Positions 28,543-38,194 of a stretch of DNA of 64,000 nt are shown piece after piece. The notes beneath the pieces are model-generated. The model ran no database searches, was not told the DNA's origin, and saw nothing but the letters and a program-made list of their open reading frames with translations. Made by a program: the position numbers and the translations under genes. The stretch is from a candidate division WWE3 bacterium (GTDB taxonomy: Bacteria > Patescibacteriota > WWE3 > UBA101185 > UBA10185): positions 5,280 through 69,279 of the forward strand of contig JACPGI010000003.1 of NCBI GenBank assembly GCA_016182565.1, written 5' to 3'. Positions within the stretch are counted from its first letter, which is position 1. The number at the start of each line of letters is the position of its first letter.

Positions 28543-28582
28543 ACCCTGTTTTAGCCGATTCCCATCTGTTATCATTCTGACT

Positions 28583-29449
28583 ATGGAAACTCTAACAATG
28601 TGTGATTTATGTGGTAGCGTAAAAATCCACTCAATTGATGGGGACGCTTTACTGTACAAGTGTTCTGACTGTAATTATATTTTTGACAACCCACGCCCAA
28701 CGATACAAGAAATAATTAACTTTTATTCAAAGCCAGCAAAATACGATCTTTGGCTCTCGGAGCTTTCTTTAAGAGATGGGCTTTGGAAGCGCCGTGCAAC
28801 TAAACTTGCAAGATATATTAGAGGTGGTGCACTTTTGGATGTTGGAGCCGGCATTGGTCAATTTTTACAATTTGCAAAGCCGTATTTTACAGAGCTTGTA
28901 GGTACTGAAGTTTCAAGTTCGGCTGTTGAACTTGCCAAGTCTAAATATAATTTGGAAATCTTACATGGTGAGGTCGAAAAAATAGATTTTGGTACCAAAA
29001 AGTTTCAAGTTATTACCCTTTTTCATGTTTTAGAGCATGTTCATTCACCAAGAAATCTAATTCAAAAATGTTATGACTTACTTTCTTCTAGCGGGATGTT
29101 ATTTATTGCTGTTCCAAATGATATCGAAAGCATCAAAATGCGAATAAAAAAATTGCTTAACACAAAATTAAATAACAGATATGAGGGCACAAAAATGGCC
29201 TTAAAACGCATAGTTTTAGATGGCACAACCCAAGAGATTCATCTATCACATTTTACGCCTCATGTGCTGGCTAAGTTTCTAATGTCTTACGGGTTTGAGA
29301 TAGTTGACAATACAATTGACTCTTATTATGTGGCAAGTGGTAAGAGAAAAGTTCTCAAAGATATTTACTATGGGATTCACTGGTTAATAAATCGACTTTT
29401 TGGCACAAATCTTTATGACACTATTTGGATTGTTGCAAAGAAAATTTAA
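28583..29449 (+). CDS. Class I SAM-dependent methyltransferase with N-terminal zinc ribbon
   Basis: CDLCG...CSDCNY zinc ribbon and the LDVGAGIGQF motif I. The start was trimmed from the track ORF to the first ATG (28583) or the ATG at 28598. Confidence 0.7.
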   Translation: METLTMCDLCGSVKIHSIDGDALLYKCSDCNYIFDNPRPTIQEIINFYSKPAKYDLWLSELSLRDGLWKRRATKLARYIRGGALLDVGAGIGQFLQFAKPYFTELVGTEVSSSAVELAKSKYNLEILHGEVEKIDFGTKKFQVITLFHVLEHVHSPRNLIQKCYDLLSSSGMLFIAVPNDIESIKMRIKKLLNTKLNNRYEGTKMALKRIVLDGTTQEIHLSHFTPHVLAKFLMSYGFEIVDNTIDSYYVASGKRKVLKDIYYGIHWLINRLFGTNLYDTIWIVAKKI

Positions 29450-29620
29450 GTAATGCTCTTAGTTCCCAAGTTTTTCTGAAAGGTATAAAGTCTTCCCCCA
29501 ATATAGCAGTTAAGCCTTGACAAAGCAACCTATATCATGTACATTTCCATGTTAAAAACTTCTTGTGGCCGCTTTTGAAAAGTTTGGTCTTAAAACAGCA
29601 GGTTCTAACAGAAAGTACAT

Positions 29621-30367
29621 ATGCAGGAGATAAATAATACAAAACAAAATACAGACTCTACAAACCCCACAACTACCTCAAACAAGGTAGCTATAAACAT
29701 GAATGATTTAAATAAAGAAATGGCATTAGAGCTTATAAAAGAATCAAAAACTATCGCGTTAGTGCCATCAAAAATAGCAGGCACTGACTCATTTGGAGCC
29801 GCTGTGGGGCTTTACTTTACGCTCCTTGATATGCAAAAAGACGTATACTTTGTCTACCCTGGAAAAGTTCCAGATGATGCAAAAGGTTTAATAGAAAAAG
29901 ATAGGATCGTTGCAAATGTGGATGAGCGTGAGCTTTTAGTTACTATAGATTATGCCGAAACTCCAGCGGCTTCTGCTCACTATGCTACTGAGGGTGAAGC
30001 GTTAACAATAAAGCTTGGGCCTGTTGCCAAAGACTTTTCTGTCATGGATAGGGTAAAAATTGAGCTTGTAGGTTTTGAGTTTGATCTTATTGTAGTATTT
30101 GGTGCTCAGGAGATAGAAGACCTTGGTGGGACATTTACCCATCTTAGAGAGTCATTTAGCCACGCAAGGGTCATAAATATCGACAATACAGAGAGAAATG
30201 GTGGTTATGGTGATGTAAATCTTATCGATCCTACCGCAATTTCACTTAGTCAGCAGGTCTTTAAATACACGTCAGAGTGGCAAATGGCACCAAGCGAGAA
30301 GTCAGCAAAAGCCTTTTTGACCGGTATGACTTACAGAACGCTAAATAATCCGGTTGCCAATGCTTGA
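29621..30367 (+). CDS. Degenerate DHH-like domain protein (catalytic motifs lost)
   Basis: N-terminal fold matches NrnA/RecJ DHH, but DHH is replaced by NIDN and DxD by GTD, with no DHHA1/GGGH motif. Confidence 0.4.
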   Translation: MQEINNTKQNTDSTNPTTTSNKVAINMNDLNKEMALELIKESKTIALVPSKIAGTDSFGAAVGLYFTLLDMQKDVYFVYPGKVPDDAKGLIEKDRIVANVDERELLVTIDYAETPAASAHYATEGEALTIKLGPVAKDFSVMDRVKIELVGFEFDLIVVFGAQEIEDLGGTFTHLRESFSHARVINIDNTERNGGYGDVNLIDPTAISLSQQVFKYTSEWQMAPSEKSAKAFLTGMTYRTLNNPVANA

Positions 30368-30392
30368 TTAAACTGGTAAAATCACCTCGCAT

Positions 30393-30662
30393 ATGGCGTT
30401 AACTAAACCAAAAAAGCAGGAAATAATGAAAACAAGTCAGTTACATGAAAGTGATACAGGTTCTCCAGAAGTACAAGTAGCACTTCTTTCAGAAAAGATA
30501 GCAAAACTTGCAGCCCACTTAAAACTTCATAAAAAAGATAACCACTCTAGAAGAGGTCTATTACAGATGGTTAATAAAAGAAGAAGACTCCTTGCTTACT
30601 TAAAGAAAAAAAGCGAAGAGAGATATGGATCTTTGATAGAGCGATTAGAGCTCTCTAAGTAA
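30393..30662 (+). CDS. rpsO: 30S ribosomal protein S15
   Basis: [13 protein letters not shown]...[12 protein letters not shown]...RRRLLAYLK. Confidence 0.9.
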   Translation: MALTKPKKQEIMKTSQLHESDTGSPEVQVALLSEKIAKLAAHLKLHKKDNHSRRGLLQMVNKRRRLLAYLKKKSEERYGSLIERLELSK

Positions 30663-30819
30663 TTATTAAACATATTTATTGGGAAAATGTGTTGTTTGTA
30701 AAAGATTAGGAAATGGGATTTTTTGCTTGAGACATTTTTTGATTGCTGAGTTTAATTTTTCAAGCTACAAAATCACATCTCTTAATCACAAACCATATAT
30801 TCACCCAGGAAAGTAACAA

Positions 30820-33099
30820 ATGAATAAAATAGTAAAAAAAGAGATAATGTTTGCCGGGCGAAAGCTAGCACTTGAAACTGGCGAACTAGCTATGCAGGCC
30901 AACATGGCTGTAAAAGTTTCTTATGGCGATACAACCGTTTTAGTAACAGTAGTTTCAGCCGCAGCAAATCCTGAAAAAACCGATTTTTTTCCATTGAGTG
31001 TTAATTACATTGAAAGACTTTACGCAAGTGGGACTATCAAAAATTCCAGATTTATGAAAAGAGATGGTCAACCGTCCGATGATGCTGTTATTAAACGCAG
31101 ACTTATCGATCACGCTATAAGACCACTTTTTCCAGCAGAAGAGGGATACATGGACGAGGTACAAGTTGTTGTAACCATTCTTTCTATGGATGAGATGTCT
31201 GATCCTTTAGTTGCAAGTATGATCGCAACTTCTGCCGCGCTTCACGCTTCTGACATCCCTTGGTCAGGGCCAATGGCAACAGCTAGAGTCGGTAGACTTG
31301 AAGGCAAATACATTTTGAATCCAGCTTTAGTTGAGCTCGAAGAACACTCAGATATGGATCTTGTTGTTTCATTTGTAGGTAAAGAAAAAAGATTTTTAGC
31401 TTTGGAAGCAGAAGCTAACCTAGTTCCAGAAGAGGAAGTTTTGGGAGCATTAAAATTTGCTCAGGAAAATATTGATCCTGTTCTTGATTTAATAAATGAG
31501 TTCGCTCGTGAAGTAAATCCAGAAAACAAAAAATATGCTTGGGTTTCATATCTTCCTGCAAAAGAACTTGTAGATGAGGTTTCCAATCTTGTAAAGGCCC
31601 GACTTGTTGCAAGTCTTGAAGTTGGCCATGACAAGGAGACTCAACAGAACTTACAAAAAGAACTTTTAGCAGAAGTTTATACTAAACTTGAGGGTAAATT
31701 TAAAAAAGTTGATATGGAAAAGGCCTTTGAAAAAGTTGTGAAAAAAGCCTTGCAACACCTGATTTTGGAAGAAGGTAAAAGACCAGATGGTAGAGCCGTT
31801 GATGAACTTCGAGAATTAAAAGGTGCAGTTGGAGTACTTCCTAGAGTTCATGGAAGTTCTTTGTTCTCAAGAGGCGAAACCCAGATTTTAGATGTTACAA
31901 CTCTTGGATCTTTAAGTATGGAACAAAATATCCAAGATATGTATGGCGAAAGAAAGAAAAGATATTTGCATTTTTATACTTCCCCTCCTTATGCTGCAGG
32001 TGAAACAGGTAGAGTTGGTGGAGTTGGTGGTAGGGAAATAGGTCATGGACGACTTGCCGAAAAAGCACTAGTTCCTGTGATCCCATCCAGAAAAGAATTT
32101 CCTTACACAATAATTTTGCAGTCTGAAGTTTTATCTTCAAACGGATCTACTTCGATGGCATCTACTTGTGCAAGCTCGTTATCTTTAATGGATGCAGGAG
32201 TACCTATTAAGGCAATGATTGCAGGAATAAGTATCGGACTTGTTGTAAACGAAGACTTTAGTAAATACGTACTTCTTACCGATATTGCTGGTGCTGAGGA
32301 TGGAAATGGTTTTATGGACTTTAAGATGACCGGTTCAAGAGACGGTATTACAGCCATTCAAGTTGATATCAAAGCAAAAGGTTTACCATACGAGATGGTT
32401 CCTTTAATTCTAAAACAGTCCCACGATGCAAGAATGCGAATCCTTGATTTCATGGAAACAATTATTAAAGCCCCACGAGAATCTGTTGGTGAATTTGCAC
32501 CAAAGACAATGACAACTACAATTCATCCCGAACAAATAGGTATGATTATTGGTACCGGTGGTAAGGTCATCAAACAAATACAAGAGGACACTCAAACTGT
32601 AATCGCAATTGATGAGGATGGATCTGTTGCAATTTCTGGCGACAACCTAGATCTTGTCCAAAAAGCTAAAGACATCATAGATGGTATGACAAGGGAAGTT
32701 AAAGCTGGTGAAGTGTTTACGGGAACTGTAGAAGAATTAGCCCCTTATGGAGCTTTTGTAGAAATACTACCTGGAAAGACCGGACTTTTACACATAAGTG
32801 AGATCTCAAACGAATTTGTTGCGCAGATCGAAGATGTTTTACAAGTCGGCCAGCAAGTTGAAGTCAAAGTGCTAGAAGTTACAAGAGATGGTAAATACTC
32901 CCTGTCCATGAAAGCAATGAATCCAGACTATAAATCACCTGCAAGAGGAGATGATAACGGTGGAAATGGAGGAAGTCGTGGTGGATTTAGAGGAAATGGC
33001 GGCGGAGATAGAGGCGGCTTTAGAGGACACGATAACAGAGGCGGTCGAGGTGGAGATGGTGGAAGAGGCCATAGTAACGACCGAGGAAGTAGATACTAA
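30820..33099 (+). CDS. pnp: Polyribonucleotide nucleotidyltransferase (PNPase) with RGG-rich C-terminal tail
   Basis: Two RNase PH domains, KH and S1 domains. The tail is RGGFRGNGGGDRGGFRGHDNRGGRGGDGGRG. Confidence 0.95.
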   Translation: MNKIVKKEIMFAGRKLALETGELAMQANMAVKVSYGDTTVLVTVVSAAANPEKTDFFPLSVNYIERLYASGTIKNSRFMKRDGQPSDDAVIKRRLIDHAIRPLFPAEEGYMDEVQVVVTILSMDEMSDPLVASMIATSAALHASDIPWSGPMATARVGRLEGKYILNPALVELEEHSDMDLVVSFVGKEKRFLALEAEANLVPEEEVLGALKFAQENIDPVLDLINEFAREVNPENKKYAWVSYLPAKELVDEVSNLVKARLVASLEVGHDKETQQNLQKELLAEVYTKLEGKFKKVDMEKAFEKVVKKALQHLILEEGKRPDGRAVDELRELKGAVGVLPRVHGSSLFSRGETQILDVTTLGSLSMEQNIQDMYGERKKRYLHFYTSPPYAAGETGRVGGVGGREIGHGRLAEKALVPVIPSRKEFPYTIILQSEVLSSNGSTSMASTCASSLSLMDAGVPIKAMIAGISIGLVVNEDFSKYVLLTDIAGAEDGNGFMDFKMTGSRDGITAIQVDIKAKGLPYEMVPLILKQSHDARMRILDFMETIIKAPRESVGEFAPKTMTTTIHPEQIGMIIGTGGKVIKQIQEDTQTVIAIDEDGSVAISGDNLDLVQKAKDIIDGMTREVKAGEVFTGTVEELAPYGAFVEILPGKTGLLHISEISNEFVAQIEDVLQVGQQVEVKVLEVTRDGKYSLSMKAMNPDYKSPARGDDNGGNGGSRGGFRGNGGGDRGGFRGHDNRGGRGGDGGRGHSNDRGSRY

Positions 33100-33139
33100 G
33101 GCTATTTCTGATCTCAGTTATCATGCTAGAATTTAACTA

Positions 33140-34048
33140 ATGCACAACAGAACCTGCTCAAATTGCAAAAATGTTCTAGGTGAGTTTGATCACTATTTTT
33201 GCTCATTATGTGGCAACAAACTTTCCAAAGAGGAAATTTTAGAATTTGGAGGTGTGAGAGTACGCACCTTTAAACTGTCATCTGTAACAAGATCTACACT
33301 TTCAGATATTTTCTCAATATTTAAAAGTATCAAGGTATATTATATCTTTGCTTTACTTATCTTTATTGGTTTTATTATTTACGGTATTACACAAACAGGG
33401 CTTGTTGAATTTGCCAATTACGAGTTAAGCAAAACTACCGAATCAGAGGTAAAACTTCCACCAAGGTTAAAAACACCAGAAATAACTTTTGATATTGCTT
33501 CAGCAGATGGCAAATTTACCACAACCAAATTTGCAGAACTAATTCCAGCGAAAGCCTCATTGTATTTTGAAGGAACTGATATTTCACTTATTGCTAAATA
33601 TTTGATACGAGACGAGAACTTAATACCTTTACTTAAAAAGCCTACTATTTTGCTTGATTCTGGTTATGCTGGATTTTACCTTGATGGTAATTGGGGATAT
33701 ATTCTATTGCCAAAAGATGTAGATATTATCCAAACAGTTATGAAAGATGTAAAAGATCCTTATTGGCATTTTAAGATAATAAAAGATAAATTTGTAATGG
33801 TATCAAATCCAAAAGTTTTTGAACAAATTGCTGAAATAGAAAAAGGGACAGCCCCAAGTCTTGCTTTAAATTCGGACTTTGTAAAAAAAGACCAGCTGCT
33901 TAAAACTGAAGGTCGTGGAAAGATGATTTTTATGGACAAGAAAGCATTTACTGTAGTAAGAAATTCGTTGGGCGGGCTAGATCAAACTACAATTGGTAAC
34001 ATCAACAAAGTTTTGGAAGCTGGGTTTGATAGTATAGTTATTAACTAA
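33140..34048 (+). CDS. Hypothetical membrane protein: N-terminal zinc ribbon, one TM, about 210-aa extracytoplasmic domain
   Basis: CSNC...HYFCSLC (CxxC...HxxCxxC) followed by the TM YYIFALLIFIGFIIYGI. Confidence 0.45.
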   Translation: MHNRTCSNCKNVLGEFDHYFCSLCGNKLSKEEILEFGGVRVRTFKLSSVTRSTLSDIFSIFKSIKVYYIFALLIFIGFIIYGITQTGLVEFANYELSKTTESEVKLPPRLKTPEITFDIASADGKFTTTKFAELIPAKASLYFEGTDISLIAKYLIRDENLIPLLKKPTILLDSGYAGFYLDGNWGYILLPKDVDIIQTVMKDVKDPYWHFKIIKDKFVMVSNPKVFEQIAEIEKGTAPSLALNSDFVKKDQLLKTEGRGKMIFMDKKAFTVVRNSLGGLDQTTIGNINKVLEAGFDSIVIN

Positions 34049-34101
34049 GACAAGTAAATGAATAAAGATGTAAATAAGTTACGCCAGAAACTAATTTAAA
34101 A

Positions 34102-35247
34102 ATGACAAAATATACAACAGATACATTAAAACCAGATAAAATAGCATCAAAACATCCTATCAGTGATCGGGATATTCCAACCACAAACCCTGATGGCGGT
34201 TTTCTTTTCGAGGAAATAGCTGAATTACAAGCAAAAGTTGATGCTTCCAAGGACTTGCCTGACGATCTTAAAGTGCGTCTTGAAAAAATGGTAAGACGAC
34301 TCAATACCATGGCAAAAATGGGTACATATTCAGCAGATTTTGACATCGTATCCAAATATATAAATACAGTTATTTCTATTCCATGGACTACCCGAACTGA
34401 AGATAAATTAGATCTCAAAGGCACGCTTGAGATGTTAAATGCTACTCACTACGGTATGCCAAGTGTAAAAGATAGGGTTATGGAATACCTTTCAACCATG
34501 ATCTTGATGAAACGCCATGGTGAAAATGCTATTGCTAAATCCCCAGTTCTTTTGCTCGTTGGACTTCAGGGTGTTGGTAAGACAACAGTTGCTATTTCTT
34601 TGGCAAAAGCGCTAAACCGTAAGTTTGTAAGAGTCTCTATGGGTGCCATTGGTTCTACTACCGAACTTAGAGGTCAGAGTAAATCAATGCCTGAAGCAGA
34701 ACCTGGGCAAATAATAAAAGCACTAATAAAAACAGGTGTGAGAAACCCTGTGATACTTCTTGACGAAATCGAAAAAGCAAGCGGTCAGGCTGGTTTATTA
34801 AGTGAGGTTATGGCTATTTTACTTGAACTATTAGATCCTGCCCAAAATATAAGTTTTAGAGATCACTATGTGGATTATCCGTATGATCTTTCCGAGGTGC
34901 TTTTAATATGTTCTGCAAACAATACAGGCACACTTTCTGCAGCACTTATGGATAGACTTGAAATACTTAAAATGCCTTCTTATTCAAATGCAGAAAAAGT
35001 CGTGATTGCAAGAGATTATGTTTTTCCTAAGGTCTTGGAAAATAGTGGTCTTGAGAAAGATGAGTTGCAAGTAGATCCTAATCTCTGGCCAGATATTATA
35101 CGCCCATTTGGTTTTGATTCGGGTATTAGAAGTATCACACGTACCTTAGAGTCAGTTGCACGAAAAGCAGCTAGAGAGATAGTAGAGGGAAGTGTTGAAA
35201 GTATTCTTATAAATAAAGATAACCTTAAGTACTATCTACCCAAATAA
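34102..35247 (+). CDS. Lon-like AAA+ ATPase module lacking both the LON N-domain and the protease domain
   Basis: It aligns with E. coli Lon residues ~230-585 (IPW...HYGMPSVKDRVMEYL, Walker A GLQGVGKTT, LLDEIEK, ANNTGTL...LMDRLE) and stops exactly where the protease domain would begin. The next gene follows after 4 nt. Confidence 0.7.
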   Translation: MTKYTTDTLKPDKIASKHPISDRDIPTTNPDGGFLFEEIAELQAKVDASKDLPDDLKVRLEKMVRRLNTMAKMGTYSADFDIVSKYINTVISIPWTTRTEDKLDLKGTLEMLNATHYGMPSVKDRVMEYLSTMILMKRHGENAIAKSPVLLLVGLQGVGKTTVAISLAKALNRKFVRVSMGAIGSTTELRGQSKSMPEAEPGQIIKALIKTGVRNPVILLDEIEKASGQAGLLSEVMAILLELLDPAQNISFRDHYVDYPYDLSEVLLICSANNTGTLSAALMDRLEILKMPSYSNAEKVVIARDYVFPKVLENSGLEKDELQVDPNLWPDIIRPFGFDSGIRSITRTLESVARKAAREIVEGSVESILINKDNLKYYLPK

Positions 35248-35251
35248 AAAT

Positions 35252-35761
35252 ATGAGAACAGCACAAGAGGTACGAAAAATGAATTTGAGACCCACAATTA
35301 TATGTTGTCCTGTATATGATAAAAAAATTCTATTGTTTTTTAAAAAAGATTATAAGATGTGGATGCTTCCTCAAGGTGGAATTGACAGTTCTGAAAGCCC
35401 AGCCCAGGCTATATTTAGAGAGCTTACTGAGGAAGTTGGTGCTGATTTTGTAAGTAAATGTTCTCCAGAGGTGATATTTTTAAAAGAAGATGAGATAGAT
35501 TTTAAACCGCGTGTATTAGATGTTGCAAAATTTGTAACTGAGTCGGTAGAAAACAAAAATATAAAGGGTAAATATTATTATGTTTATTTAGTAAATTGTT
35601 TAAATCCCGACTTCTTATTTGAAAAAAAAGAATTTGATGAATATTTCTGGCTTGAATATAAAGGGGCAAAAGGATTAGTAGATAAAATTTACCAGGTAAA
35701 CAAAAGAAAACAGCTTTTGGAGGTTTTGGATATACTAAAAGCACAAAATTATATCGAGTAG
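35252..35761 (+). CDS. NUDIX hydrolase
   Basis: Nudix box GGIDSSESPAQAIFRELTEEVG. Confidence 0.8.
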   Translation: MRTAQEVRKMNLRPTIICCPVYDKKILLFFKKDYKMWMLPQGGIDSSESPAQAIFRELTEEVGADFVSKCSPEVIFLKEDEIDFKPRVLDVAKFVTESVENKNIKGKYYYVYLVNCLNPDFLFEKKEFDEYFWLEYKGAKGLVDKIYQVNKRKQLLEVLDILKAQNYIE

Positions 35762-35832
35762 ATTTTACTTATTTTTTTACTCATGCTTTTTCGAGTAATT
35801 TTATTATTTAATAGTTAAAACATACAAAAAAC

Positions 35833-36408
35833 ATGCAAACCAAGTCCCAACAAATGTTTATAATAGAAAAAAGTATAAGAGAATGTAGAAAATGTAATTT
35901 ATGTAAAACAGCTCTAAATGCAGTTTGCGGGGAGGGTAATATTGATTCATCTGTTGTATTTATAGGAGAAGCTCCCGGTCAAACTGAAGACGAGACCGGA
36001 AGGCCCTTTGTAGGCCGCGCCGGTAAACTGTTGGAAAGTTTATTAAATGAGATAGGTAAGAAAAGAGAGGAAATTTGGATTGGAAATATTATAAAACACC
36101 GACCCCCTCAAAACCGTGACCCACTACCTGAAGAAATAAGTTTGTGCCAGCCTTTTTTGAAAGCCCAACTTGCTACAATTGACCCTAAACTTATCGTTAC
36201 ACTTGGAAGATTTTCTATGAACTATTTTTATCCCGCCGGAAAAATAACAAACGATCACGGTAAACTTAGAAAAGTGGGTAAATATTATGTATATCCTGTT
36301 TATCACCCTGCAGCTGCGCTCCGAAATCCTACCTTCGCCAAAACTTTAAAAGAGGACTTTGTTAAAATTCCAAAGGTGTTAGAATTCATAGATAAAGGTG
36401 CCAAATGA
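35833..36408 (+). CDS. Uracil-DNA glycosylase family 4 (Fe-S type)
   Basis: CRKCNLC...GEAPG...GRPFVGRAGKLL. Confidence 0.85.
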   Translation: MQTKSQQMFIIEKSIRECRKCNLCKTALNAVCGEGNIDSSVVFIGEAPGQTEDETGRPFVGRAGKLLESLLNEIGKKREEIWIGNIIKHRPPQNRDPLPEEISLCQPFLKAQLATIDPKLIVTLGRFSMNYFYPAGKITNDHGKLRKVGKYYVYPVYHPAAALRNPTFAKTLKEDFVKIPKVLEFIDKGAK

Positions 36409-38108
36409 AGATTAGCTTAGATCAAATAAATACTATTAGTAGTGATTTAAAACCCCCGCTCAAGTTTATAGCTGTGGGAGATGGTGTTACAAAAAACCTC
36501 TCAATTTATGAATATGGTAACGACATAATTGCCGTTGATTATGGAATTGGTTTTCCGGGTGTTGATGATGTCGGGGTTGATTTTATTATTCCTGACATGA
36601 CCTACCTTGTAGAAAATGCATCAAGAGTAAAAGGGCTTTTTATTTCCCATGCTCATGCCGACCATTTCGGTGCTGTACCCCATCTTATAAAAGAGTTAAA
36701 TCTGCCCATCTACTGCAGTAAATTAACCCAAGCTTACATAAAAAATATGCTTGACGAAAAGCAATTTAAAAACCTAAAAGATGGCGTGAAATTTCATGAG
36801 TTTGGTGCCAACACTGGAGTTGTTAGCCTCGGTGCTTTTAAAGTCTCAGCTTTTAATGTAAACCACTCAGTTCCTGGGTCATTGGGTATTGTTATTGATA
36901 CACCCGAAGGACGTGTTGTTCATATTGCAGACTTTAAAATTGATGCAACTCCTGTGATTGATCCACCAATGGATCTTGGTAAGCTGGCTGATATTTGTAA
37001 AAACGGTGTTTTATGCTTGGTCTCTGATTCACTGGGCGCAAGAAGTAAAGGAAGTGTTGCATCGGAAAGAACACTTGACGGCACCTTCCCAAAGCTTTTT
37101 TCAAAATACCCAACTAATCAACTTTTTATAACAATAATCTCTTCTAATATTTCAAGGATGTATCAAATAGTAGAAGCCGCTGTAAAGGCCGGCAGACGAG
37201 TTGTTCCAACAGGTAGATCAGTTGATACTTCGGTTAAGATTGCAAGAAACTTAGGATACTTACCTTTTCCTGATAGTGTGTTTGTAGACTTAAGAAAAGC
37301 AAGTGAAATGCCGCAAGAATCCCTTGTTTATTTGGTAGCGGGGTGTTTTGGTCAGTCCGGTTCAGCACTTGATAGAATAAGTCGAGCGGAACATAGAAAT
37401 ATCTCACTTGAAGAAAATGCAATAGTTATTTATTCGGCTGAACCAAATCCACCGGGAGTTGATGTTGATGTTGAAAATGTCAGCTCCAATCTTGTTTTGC
37501 TAGGAGCTGAGGTTTTAGATCATACCAATTTTGATAATCTGCATGTGTCTGGCCACGGTCATAGAGACGAGCTTCTTAAAGTTGCAACAATTGTAAAGCC
37601 AAAATATTTCATACCAAAGGGTGGAACCCCGCTCCAAATGCATGCATATAAGAATATGCTTGCTGAGACCGGTGTAGATAAAAAAAGAATATTTGAGCTT
37701 CAGGAAGGTGAGGTAATCGAATTTATAGATGGCGAGGCAAGACGGGGTAAAAGACTTGAAGTACATGACGTTTATTTTGATGGTTCAAGTGTAAGCCCGA
37801 TTGTCATCGGAGACAGGCGCGTATTATCTCAAGATGGGGTCTTTGTTGTTGTAATACCTGTAAATGAATCTACAAAAGAAATTGGAGCGAGAGCGGACAT
37901 TGTGACTAGGGGATTTGTTTATGTGAAAGAGTCGGGCGAACTTGTTGGTGGGGCAAAAACCTTGATCAACAATCTAATTTTAAAAAATAAAGTCAAGGGT
38001 AATGATTGGGGTGCGTTAAAATCCCTTATAGAAAAGGAAGTTGAAAAATATTTACATAAAGCCACAGGTAGGATGCCAATGGTTATAGTTCATGGTGCTA
38101 AGTTTTAA
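36405..38108 (+). CDS. rnj: Ribonuclease J (metallo-beta-lactamase/beta-CASP)
   Basis: HAHADH motif in a 567-aa beta-CASP layout. Confidence 0.9.
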   Translation: MKISLDQINTISSDLKPPLKFIAVGDGVTKNLSIYEYGNDIIAVDYGIGFPGVDDVGVDFIIPDMTYLVENASRVKGLFISHAHADHFGAVPHLIKELNLPIYCSKLTQAYIKNMLDEKQFKNLKDGVKFHEFGANTGVVSLGAFKVSAFNVNHSVPGSLGIVIDTPEGRVVHIADFKIDATPVIDPPMDLGKLADICKNGVLCLVSDSLGARSKGSVASERTLDGTFPKLFSKYPTNQLFITIISSNISRMYQIVEAAVKAGRRVVPTGRSVDTSVKIARNLGYLPFPDSVFVDLRKASEMPQESLVYLVAGCFGQSGSALDRISRAEHRNISLEENAIVIYSAEPNPPGVDVDVENVSSNLVLLGAEVLDHTNFDNLHVSGHGHRDELLKVATIVKPKYFIPKGGTPLQMHAYKNMLAETGVDKKRIFELQEGEVIEFIDGEARRGKRLEVHDVYFDGSSVSPIVIGDRRVLSQDGVFVVVIPVNESTKEIGARADIVTRGFVYVKESGELVGGAKTLINNLILKNKVKGNDWGALKSLIEKEVEKYLHKATGRMPMVIVHGAKF

Positions 38109-38194
38109 TCTATTTGTAGATCGGCTTTGATTAGTCTAGTTTCACTTTATAATTTTAGTTTTAGTAACCAACTTAATCTGATATCATAAACTCG

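Noticed and set aside
28289-28659. Two minus-strand ORFs (62 and 77 aa) in the GC-rich islet
   Set aside because: They have no RBS or promoter signals, overlap terminator hairpins, and are likely non-coding.
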